Shown here piece by piece: positions 6,594-14,186 of a DNA stretch of 16,578 nt. Below the pieces are notes generated by a model. That model saw nothing but the letters and a program-made list of their open reading frames with translations. It did no database searches and was not told the origin of the DNA. Position 1 is the stretch's first letter. Each line of letters starts with the position of its first letter. The position numbers and the translations under genes are program-made. This DNA comes from Granulicella sp. (GTDB lineage Bacteria; Acidobacteriota; Terriglobia; Terriglobales; Acidobacteriaceae): contig DAHWNL010000018.1 in NCBI GenBank assembly GCA_027339965.1, positions 1-16,578 of the forward strand, read 5' to 3'.

Positions 6594-8006
6594 ATGGGCC
6601 GTCCAATGACAATGGGAGTCGTTGTTGGCAATCGTGGATTCTTTCCCAGCCACCTTGCCACCAGCGGCCGCCTTGAGATGATTGCAGCTTTAGAAGCAGC
6701 CGGGATCAAGCCGATCGTGCTCACCCCCGACCAGACAGCGCATGGCGCCGTAGAAACGTACGAAGACGCAAAAAAGTGCGCTGAACTTTTTACCCGGCAC
6801 GCAGCGGAGATGGATGGCATCATCATCACCCTTCCCAACTTCGGCGAAGAGCGTGGCGTGGCCGACGCGCTCCGCCTGGCCAACCTCCGCGTTCCGGTGC
6901 TGATCCATGCCACGCCGGATACTCCCGGCAAGATGGGCATCGCATTCCGCCGCGACAGCTTCTGCGGCAAGATGTCGGTCTGTAACAACCTCAAGCAGTA
7001 CGGAATTCCTTTTTCTCTGACCACGCAACACACCGAAGCTCCCGATTCCGCCTGGTTCAAGACCGATCTGGAGTGGTTTGCCGCCGTCTGCCGCATCGTG
7101 CGCGGCCTGCGCAATGTTCGCTTTGGAGCCATCGGCGCGCGGCCCACCGCCTTCAACACTGTCCGTTACTCTGAGAAGCTACTGGAGCGCTCCGGCATCA
7201 CCGTGGAGACCCTGGATCTGAGCGAGGTGATGGGCCGCATTGAGCGGTGCAAGGACAATGACGACCACGTCCAGAGCAAGCTTGCATCCATCCGAAAGTA
7301 CATTCCGGTGGGCGAGACGCCCGAGGCCGCTCTGGTGAAGATGGCCAAACTTGCGGTAGTCATCGATGCATGGATGGCCGCCTCCGAGCTGACCGTCTCC
7401 GCCGTACAGTGTTGGACATCTATCGAAGAGTACCTGGGCATCGTGCCATGCACGGTGATGTCCATGATGAGCGAGCAACTGATCCCCTCAGCCTGTGAGG
7501 TTGACATCCTCGGAACTCTCTCCATGTACGCTCTCACGCTGGCCAGCGAGACGCCCTCTGCCCTTCTGGACTGGAACAACAACTATGGGGACAACCCCAA
7601 CAAGGCCGTTTGCTTCCACTGTTCCAATCTGCCCAAGCACTTCTTCCGCGAAGGCGTGAAAATGGACTATCAGCTCATCATTGCGGGCACCGTAGGCAAG
7701 GAGAATGCTCACGGCACCTTGGATGGCACGGTAAAGGCCGGACCGATGAGCTTCGCGCGCTTCTCCACAGATGACTTTGCCGGCAGGATCACCGGTTATG
7801 TCGGTGAGGGCAACTTTACGGACGATCCCCTCAACACCTTTGGCGGAGCCGGCGTCGTCGAGATTGCCAACATGCAGAGGCTGCTCCGCTACATTTGCGA
7901 GAACGGCTTTGAGCACCACGTGGCGGCAAACTTCTCCTCGGTCGCAAACTCGGTGTTTGAAGCGGCGGCGAACTACCTCGGCTGGGGCATGCATCGCCAC
8001 TGCTGA
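6594..8006 (+). CDS. L-fucose/L-arabinose isomerase family protein (sugar isomerase, substrate uncertain)
   Basis: SD AGGAGA. Motifs LPNFGEE, RRDSFCGKMS, QCW, SACEVD, FHCSN and C-terminal GFEHH resemble FucI/AraA-fold metal-binding regions. Confidence 0.85.
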   Translation: MGRPMTMGVVVGNRGFFPSHLATSGRLEMIAALEAAGIKPIVLTPDQTAHGAVETYEDAKKCAELFTRHAAEMDGIIITLPNFGEERGVADALRLANLRVPVLIHATPDTPGKMGIAFRRDSFCGKMSVCNNLKQYGIPFSLTTQHTEAPDSAWFKTDLEWFAAVCRIVRGLRNVRFGAIGARPTAFNTVRYSEKLLERSGITVETLDLSEVMGRIERCKDNDDHVQSKLASIRKYIPVGETPEAALVKMAKLAVVIDAWMAASELTVSAVQCWTSIEEYLGIVPCTVMSMMSEQLIPSACEVDILGTLSMYALTLASETPSALLDWNNNYGDNPNKAVCFHCSNLPKHFFREGVKMDYQLIIAGTVGKENAHGTLDGTVKAGPMSFARFSTDDFAGRITGYVGEGNFTDDPLNTFGGAGVVEIANMQRLLRYICENGFEHHVAANFSSVANSVFEAAANYLGWGMHRHC

Positions 8007-8169
8007 GCGTTTGTTACAGCCAAACTTGAGGCCGGAATACCGGCCGGCCGGCATGCCCAGGGAGCCGCGCGACAGCTTGTTGCGCCTTGCCTCCTGCCCG
8101 TGGAATCGAGCAAATGCGGAAAGTCTTGCATTCACCGCGGACGGCAGTACGTTGTCCATGGAGACGCGT

Positions 8170-8202
8170 CAGGATGGTGTAGAGATTCTCTGCGCCATCC
8201 TG
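8170..8202 (+). terminator. 15-bp RNA hairpin between the sugar operon and ppk1 (terminator or 5' leader element)
   Basis: CAGGAUGGUGUAGAG-AUU-CUCUGCGCCAUCCUG. Two G-U pairs make the stem complete only on the + strand. Confidence 0.5.
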
Positions 8203-8221
8203 CTCTAATCTCAGAAGAACA

Positions 8222-10507
8222 ATGCCTGATCGGAGACAATCCGCCCCCGAAAGATCCTCTTCTACGCCTTCTCGGCGCATCCCCACCCGGAATCTCCAGC
8301 CGGAAGCGTCCGTTGTTGTCCCGGATAGCCGCATGGTGGATCGCGACGAGAGTTGGTTGCAGTTCAATCGCCGCGTTCTAGAAGAGGCTGAAGACACGTC
8401 AAATCCCCTTCTGGAGCGCGCCAAGTTCCTGGCCATCTCCGCCAGCAACCTGGATGAGTTCATCGAGATCCGCGTTGCCGGCATCCTCCAGCGGCTCGAG
8501 GAGGGTCTTAGCCTGCCCCAGCACCGCGACGCCGGAGGCCTCACCCAGGTTGAGCGATTAGAGCGGCTCAGCGGGCTTCTGCATCAGTTCTACGCCGACC
8601 AGAGCGCATGCTGGAATCTTCACCTCCAGCCCGAGCTTAAAAACGCCGGTATCTCTATCCTGGAATGGAGGCAGCTTGGCAAACCGGACCGGGAGTTCGC
8701 CCTCAAGTTCTTTCAGGAGCAGGTTGACCCGTTGCTCACTCCGGTCACCCTGGATCCCTCCCATCCCTTCCCCCGGGTGCTCAACAAGGCCCTTTGTCTG
8801 GCGCTCTTGCTGCGCCTCAAGCGCCGCAACCGGAGCGCCAGCAGCGCCAGAATCCTCGGCATCATCACCATCCCTCGCTCCCTGCCCTCGTTGATCGCGC
8901 TACCGAAGCGTTCCGGCCGGCTCAACTTCCTTCTGCTGGAAGATCTCATCGGGATCCACCTTCCTTCGATGTTCCGTGGCTACAGCATCCTGCACCGCGC
9001 GGTCTTCCGGGTCACACGGAACAGCAACCTTTACATGCAGGAAGAGGAGACCCGCTCTATTCTGGAAAGCGTAGCCGAGGAACTCCACAACCGGCGCAAG
9101 GGCGACGCCGTGCGCATGGAGATCAGCGGCTCCGCGTCTGAAGAGATCGTCGAACGCCTGCGCACCAACTTCGAACTGGAAGCCTGGCAGGTCTTCCGCA
9201 GCTCGGCTCCCATCAACTTTTCGCGCCTGATGAATATCTACAACGCCGTGAGGCTCCCGGCGCTGAAGTTTCCTGAGTTTCACGGTCGCAGGCTCCATCT
9301 GGAACAGGCCGCGCAGTCGCCCTCCAGCATCTTTGCCGAACTGGACAAGGGCGATATTCTGCTGCACCACCCCTATGACAGCTACAGCACAGTGGAGAAC
9401 TTCATCGAGTCAGCCGCCACGGATCCCAACGTTCTCTCTATCAAACAGACCCTCTACCGCACCAGCGCCGACTCGCCCATCTTCAGCGCGCTGAAGTCCG
9501 CGGCGCAAAGCAAGGACGTAACGATCGTGGTTGAACTGATGGCGCGGTTTGACGAGGCCTCCAACATCCGCTGGGCGCGCGAGTTAGAAGACGCCGGCGG
9601 GCAGGTCTTCCATGGCATCTTCGGCTTCAAGACCCACTGCAAGCTGGCGCTGATCGTGCGCCGCGACTCCGTAGGCGCCATTCACAGCTACGCTCACCTC
9701 GGCACCGGAAACTACAACCCCATTACGGCGCGGTTTTACACCGACATCAGCCTGCTCACCGCGCGCCCCGAACTGACTGAGGCCGTGCTCCGCGTCTTTC
9801 GTTACCTGACGGCCGAGTGGGATGCAGGACCCGAAGCCTATCGCCCTCTTTTGCTCGCTCCCGTCACGCTGAATCAGGACTTTCTCAGCCTGATCGCCCG
9901 CGAGGCCGGCCACGCCCGAGCCGGCCGGCCGGCTCGCATCATCGCCAAGATCAACGGTCTGCTGGATCCGGCCATCATTGAGGCGCTCTATGCCGCCTCC
10001 CAGGCGGGCGTTGACATTGAACTGATCGTCCGCGGCATGTGCGCTCTCCGCCCCTCCGTTCCCGGGCTGAGCGACCGCATCCGCGTGCGCTCCATCCTGG
10101 GCCGCTTCCTGGAACACAGCCGCATCTTCTGGTTCGCCAACGCAGGCCAGGAAGAGATCTACTGTGGCAGCGCCGACTGGATGACGCGGAACCTGCACGA
10201 GCGCTGCGAGGTCGTCTTCCCGGTAGTCGATCCTGCTCTGCGGCGCCGTCTGCGGGATGAGATTCTGGGCGCTTACCTTTCGGACAACGTCAAAGCTCGT
10301 ATGATGCGCCCGGATGGGGGCTACGATCGCGCCCCGCGCGGCGCTTCTGTCTGCTCCGCCCAAGAGATGCTCATGGAGATTTCCCGCGCCCAGGCGGAAC
10401 CGCCAGGCCACGCCCAACCTGCCGCCAGACCGGCGCTGGTGGAGAGCGCTACGCAACCCGCGGCAGAGGAAGAGGCCATCCTCGCCAAGGAGCAGTCCGG
10501 GTTGTAG
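8222..10507 (+). CDS. ppk1: Polyphosphate kinase 1
   Basis: [65 protein letters not shown] (phospho-His motif), GTGNYN and RFLEHSRI. Alternative start at ATG 8334. Confidence 0.97.
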   Translation: MPDRRQSAPERSSSTPSRRIPTRNLQPEASVVVPDSRMVDRDESWLQFNRRVLEEAEDTSNPLLERAKFLAISASNLDEFIEIRVAGILQRLEEGLSLPQHRDAGGLTQVERLERLSGLLHQFYADQSACWNLHLQPELKNAGISILEWRQLGKPDREFALKFFQEQVDPLLTPVTLDPSHPFPRVLNKALCLALLLRLKRRNRSASSARILGIITIPRSLPSLIALPKRSGRLNFLLLEDLIGIHLPSMFRGYSILHRAVFRVTRNSNLYMQEEETRSILESVAEELHNRRKGDAVRMEISGSASEEIVERLRTNFELEAWQVFRSSAPINFSRLMNIYNAVRLPALKFPEFHGRRLHLEQAAQSPSSIFAELDKGDILLHHPYDSYSTVENFIESAATDPNVLSIKQTLYRTSADSPIFSALKSAAQSKDVTIVVELMARFDEASNIRWARELEDAGGQVFHGIFGFKTHCKLALIVRRDSVGAIHSYAHLGTGNYNPITARFYTDISLLTARPELTEAVLRVFRYLTAEWDAGPEAYRPLLLAPVTLNQDFLSLIAREAGHARAGRPARIIAKINGLLDPAIIEALYAASQAGVDIELIVRGMCALRPSVPGLSDRIRVRSILGRFLEHSRIFWFANAGQEEIYCGSADWMTRNLHERCEVVFPVVDPALRRRLRDEILGAYLSDNVKARMMRPDGGYDRAPRGASVCSAQEMLMEISRAQAEPPGHAQPAARPALVESATQPAAEEEAILAKEQSGL

Positions 10508-10622
10508 GATCCGCCTGCATGGCAAGAGCATCCAACTGCTAAACTTGGAGAAAGGATGCAGTGAAACGGAAGTTCCTCGTCTCCGAACTCCCTCCTTCCA
10601 GCCGCATCGCAAGGAGCACCCC

Positions 10623-11582
10623 ATGACAGAGAACAACGGATTCGGCAAGCAACATGACAGCAGCACCGGACTTCGCCTCAAGACAGGGCTGGCCGAGATG
10701 CTCAAAGGCGGGGTCATCATGGACGTCATGAACGTGGCGCAGGCGCGCATCGCTGAAGAGGCCGGCGCGGTCGCCGTGATGGCCCTGGAGCGCGTTCCCG
10801 CCATGATTCGCGCCGAAGGCGGCGTGGCCCGCATGGCCTCACCCCGGCTCATCAAGGAGATCATGGCGGCTTGCACCATCCCGGTGATGGCCAAGGCGCG
10901 GATCGGCCACTTCGCAGAGGCCCAGGTCCTACAGTCGCTGGGCGTCGACTTCATCGACGAGTCTGAGGTTCTCACCCCCGCCGATGAGCAGCATCACATC
11001 GACAAGCACGCCTTCACCACCCCTTTTGTCTGTGGCGCCAAGAATCTCGGCGAAGCCCTGCGGCGCATCTCGGAGGGAGCCGCGCTGATACGCACCAAAG
11101 GCGAGCCGGGCACCGGTGACGTGGTCCACGCCGTCACCCATATGCGCACCATCGTTCGCGAGATCAAGGCCCTCACTGCCCTTCGTGAAGACGAACTCTA
11201 CGCCGCTGCCAAGAATCTGCAAGCGCCCTACGAACTGGTTCGGATGGTCGCCGAGGCAGGCAAGCTCCCGGTTCCGAACTTCTCCGCCGGCGGCATCGCA
11301 ACGCCTGCCGACGCATCCCTGATGATGCAGTTGGGCGCGGAGACCATCTTTGTCGGCTCCGGCATCTTCATGAAGGAGGGCGGCACTCCCCTGGACATCG
11401 AGAAGAACGACGAGGAGCGGAAGGAGGCCATCTCCCGTGCGCGCGCTATCGTCCTGGCCACCCTGCACTATGACGACCCGAAGATCGTGGCCGAAGCCTC
11501 CGAGGCGGTTATCGGCAGCATGAAGGGCCTGGCCGCCGCCGCCATCGAAGAGAAGAACCTGATGCAGACACGTGGCTGGTAG
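10623..11582 (+). CDS. pdxS: Pyridoxal 5'-phosphate synthase lyase subunit PdxS (319 aa)
   Basis: [55 protein letters not shown] and C-terminal MQTRGW. SD AAGGAG at 10611-10616 supports start 10623. Confidence 0.97.
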   Translation: MTENNGFGKQHDSSTGLRLKTGLAEMLKGGVIMDVMNVAQARIAEEAGAVAVMALERVPAMIRAEGGVARMASPRLIKEIMAACTIPVMAKARIGHFAEAQVLQSLGVDFIDESEVLTPADEQHHIDKHAFTTPFVCGAKNLGEALRRISEGAALIRTKGEPGTGDVVHAVTHMRTIVREIKALTALREDELYAAAKNLQAPYELVRMVAEAGKLPVPNFSAGGIATPADASLMMQLGAETIFVGSGIFMKEGGTPLDIEKNDEERKEAISRARAIVLATLHYDDPKIVAEASEAVIGSMKGLAAAAIEEKNLMQTRGW

Positions 11583-11647
11583 AGGCCAGATCATGCCGCA
11601 TCGACAGCGATGTGTGTCGGCATCCGGTCAGTCCAGATAAATCCATA

Positions 11648-11653
11648 TAAAAT
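11648..11653 (+). promoter_or_regulatory. Putative -10 element (TAAAAT) for a leaderless pdxT transcript
   Basis: TAAAAT lies 6 nt upstream of GTG 11660 in an AT-rich patch. No SD is visible. Confidence 0.5.
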
Positions 11654-11659
11654 AGATCT

Positions 11660-12247
11660 GTGACTCCTCCCTCTCCGGCGATCGGCGTCCTGGCTCTGCA
11701 GGGTGCCTTTGAAGTCCACGCCCGCCGGTTCGCTGAACTGGGGGCGGACGCATGCCTGGTGCGCAAACCCGGCCAGTTAGCCGCTCTGGACGCATTGGTG
11801 ATCCCCGGCGGCGAATCGACCACCTTCCTCAAGCATCTGGAACGGGCCGGCTTCTATGGAGTGCTGAACCAGTTCGTTCACAGCAAACCGGTCTTTGGCA
11901 CCTGCGCCGGCTGCATTCTGCTGGCCAGGGAGGTGACCAACCCGCCCCAGCCCTCTTTGGGCGCTTTGGATGTCTCGGTAGAGCGCAACGCTTATGGCCG
12001 CCAAAACGACTCCACCATCCTGACTGCGGAGACATCGCTGCCCGGCGGACCGCTGGAGATGGTCTTCATCCGCGCTCCACGCATCAACCGTGCCTCCGGC
12101 AAGATCGAGGTTCTGGCCAAGCGCGGCGACAGCCCCGTCCTGGTCCGTCAAGGCCACATCCTGGCCTCTACCTTCCATCCTGAACTCAGCCAAGATCCCC
12201 GCGTACACCAGCTCTTCCTGAATATCGTCCGGAGCTCGATGCCCTGA
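11660..12247 (+). CDS. pdxT: Pyridoxal 5'-phosphate synthase glutaminase subunit PdxT
   Basis: IGVLALQG, PGGESTT, FGTCAG (catalytic Cys), RNAYGRQ, VFIRAP and FHPEL (His-Glu of the triad). Adjacent to pdxS. Confidence 0.97.
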   Translation: MTPPSPAIGVLALQGAFEVHARRFAELGADACLVRKPGQLAALDALVIPGGESTTFLKHLERAGFYGVLNQFVHSKPVFGTCAGCILLAREVTNPPQPSLGALDVSVERNAYGRQNDSTILTAETSLPGGPLEMVFIRAPRINRASGKIEVLAKRGDSPVLVRQGHILASTFHPELSQDPRVHQLFLNIVRSSMP

Positions 12248-12434
12248 ACTTCAGCTTGCGGGCTGGTTCCAAGGGCTGGCGATCTACCCTCTTCTCTGCC
12301 ATCCTGCCTTGCGGGCGATCCCAGACCGGTGAACCCTCTCCGTGACGCAGGCTCTCCGACTGCCTGCGCTGCCGCCGCGCAGAGCCGGTCCGGGCCGCCA
12401 AAGCCGGTCGCGCCTCCTGAACCTCGTATGCTTC

Positions 12435-12497
12435 GAGTTCATGTACTGCCTCCTGGAGTTCCCGTACTGCCTCCGCGAGTGCATGGCCTTCACGAAG
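12435..12497. repeat. 21-bp tandem repeat (2 good copies plus 1 degenerate) between pdxT and the cox3-like gene
   Basis: gagttcatgtactgcctcctg (12435-12455) / gagttcccgtactgcctccgc (12456-12476) / gagtgcatggccttcacgaag (12477-12497). Confidence 0.7.
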
Positions 12498-12601
12498 TCC
12501 AGGCGAGAATTTCGGCCTCTGAGCGTTCCTAAATACGGCGTTAGGTCGCAAAGCGGAGTAAATTAAGGGCACAAGAAGGTTTGCCGGGATCTTCCAGCGC
12601 C

Positions 12602-13366
12602 ATGCCATTCACCATCACACCGCCGGAGATTGACCGCCACCGCATCAGCGAGGGCAACAACGGACATCGGCCTCCCACCGACAAGCGGACCGGGGGCAAT
12701 GGCGAAGGGGACGGCGAAAACTGGAGGAACCAGCCGCGCGGTCACCGTGGCCCCAACGAGCGTCTCTCCAAGGCTCGCATCGGGCTGTTCTTCGCTCTTG
12801 GCGGGGACGTCATGTTCTTCATCGCCCTGGTCAGTGTCTTTTTCGTCACCAAGGCAACCGGCCACTTCGACGCCTACGACCATTACATCAACTACTGGCT
12901 GCCCACCGCGATCCCTTCCATTCTCTGGCTGAACACGATCGCTCTGCTGTTCAGCTCCATCACCGCCGAAATGGCGCGCCAGGCCATGTTTCGTCAAGTG
13001 GACGCGATGGATGAGTGGTTTGGGCTGGGCCGGCCGGTCTCCGCCCGCGCAACTCTCTGGCTTTCTCTGACGCTCCTTCTGGGAGCCTTGTTTCTGGCCG
13101 GGCAGTGGATCGCCTGGGACCAGATGGCTGTGCAACATGTCTTCTTCCACTCCAATCCCAGCAGCCACTTTTTCTACCTGATTACGATCACCCACGCCGC
13201 CCATCTTTTTTTGGGAGTGGCTGGCCTCATTGCTGCTTTGACGGCGTTACAGTTCTCGCGCGCTCTGGCTACCCGGCAGGTGGTGGTGGATACCACAGTC
13301 TGGTACTGGCACGCCATGGGTGCGCTCTGGATCTTTCTCTTTCTGCTTCTCGAATTCGGGCAATAA
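12602..13366 (+). CDS. Heme-copper (cytochrome c) oxidase subunit III family protein (254 aa), orphan copy
   Basis: About five TM helices with WLNTIALLFSS, LGALFLAGQ, FFYLITITHAAHL and WYWHAMGALWIFLF, a cox3-type pattern. The N-terminus is hydrophilic and G/N/R-rich. ATG 12602 is preferred. Confidence 0.88.
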   Translation: MPFTITPPEIDRHRISEGNNGHRPPTDKRTGGNGEGDGENWRNQPRGHRGPNERLSKARIGLFFALGGDVMFFIALVSVFFVTKATGHFDAYDHYINYWLPTAIPSILWLNTIALLFSSITAEMARQAMFRQVDAMDEWFGLGRPVSARATLWLSLTLLLGALFLAGQWIAWDQMAVQHVFFHSNPSSHFFYLITITHAAHLFLGVAGLIAALTALQFSRALATRQVVVDTTVWYWHAMGALWIFLFLLLEFGQ

Positions 13367-13477
13367 GGCCCGCCGCACGCTACCACCGCGAATCCGGGGT
13401 CAGTCTGGCTGGCCGTCCCCGAGCGAGATCCTTTGCCCTGCCGCCACCCCGCCCCTCCACCCCAGCATCCCATTTCC

Positions 13478-13491
13478 TCAAACGAGTTTGA
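13478..13491. promoter_or_regulatory. Palindrome TCAAAC-GA-GTTTGA, possible transcription factor site upstream of the molybdoenzyme operon
   Basis: 6-2-6 inverted repeat about 35 bp upstream of a candidate extended -10 (TG-t-TACTCT, 13526-13534). Confidence 0.35.
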
Positions 13492-13688
13492 AGCCAGATT
13501 GGAATAGATGGGCTTGCCCCGGTTCTGTTACTCTATCGTTGAAGTGCTAGCCTGTTTGTCCTGCTTGGCGATTGCGAAAGAGGAGCGAGAGCTCAGAGCC
13601 CTTGGCCGGCGTTGCCTCGAACGAAGTTGGACACTCAGAACCAACATCAAAGCCGTAGAGAAGAAATGCTCGCAAAGGGGACTCCACC

Positions 13689-14156
13689 ATGCCCTCCACT
13701 CGGTTGACGATCAACCACAAGCTGCATATTGTCTCGGCCGATCCTGACACTCCGCTGCTCTGGGTCCTGCGTGACATTCTGGATATGAAGGGCACCAAAT
13801 ACGGCTGTGGCATCGGCGCCTGCGGAGCTTGTACGGTGCTCATCGCCGGCCAGCCGATCCGCTCCTGCCAGACGCCTCTCAAGGACGTAGGCTCCCAGCC
13901 GGTCATCACCATCGAGGGACTCTCGGAGGACGGAAATCATCCCGTGCAGGTTGCATGGCGGGAGGTGGATGTGCCGCAGTGCGGCTATTGCCAGGCGGGC
14001 CAGATTTTGGCCGCTTCCGCCCTGCTGGCCGCCAATCCCCACCCCACTGACGCCGACATCGATGACCACATGAGCTACAACATCTGCCGCTGCGGAACCT
14101 ACACTCGCATCCGCCAGGCCATTCATCAGGCCGCGCAGTCACAAGTCAAGGCATAA
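13689..14156 (+). CDS. (2Fe-2S)-binding subunit of a xanthine dehydrogenase-family molybdoenzyme (IorA/CoxS-like)
   Basis: [38 protein letters not shown] and NICRCGTY: two [2Fe-2S] cluster motifs. Confidence 0.95.
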   Translation: MPSTRLTINHKLHIVSADPDTPLLWVLRDILDMKGTKYGCGIGACGACTVLIAGQPIRSCQTPLKDVGSQPVITIEGLSEDGNHPVQVAWREVDVPQCGYCQAGQILAASALLAANPHPTDADIDDHMSYNICRCGTYTRIRQAIHQAAQSQVKA

Positions 14157-14186
14157 GCCGCTTCAACCCAAGGAAGGATTAGGTCT

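Noticed and set aside
10314..10622. 103-aa N-terminal extension of PdxS
   Set aside because: It overlaps the ppk1 3' end, and the SD and homology start at 10623.
9584..10975. 463-aa minus-strand ORF spanning ppk1 and pdxS
   Set aside because: Antisense to two well-supported genes with typical shadow-ORF composition.
13508..13747. 79-aa ORF upstream of and overlapping the 2Fe-2S gene
   Set aside because: No SD or recognisable motif. It overlaps the candidate promoter and the next CDS out of frame.
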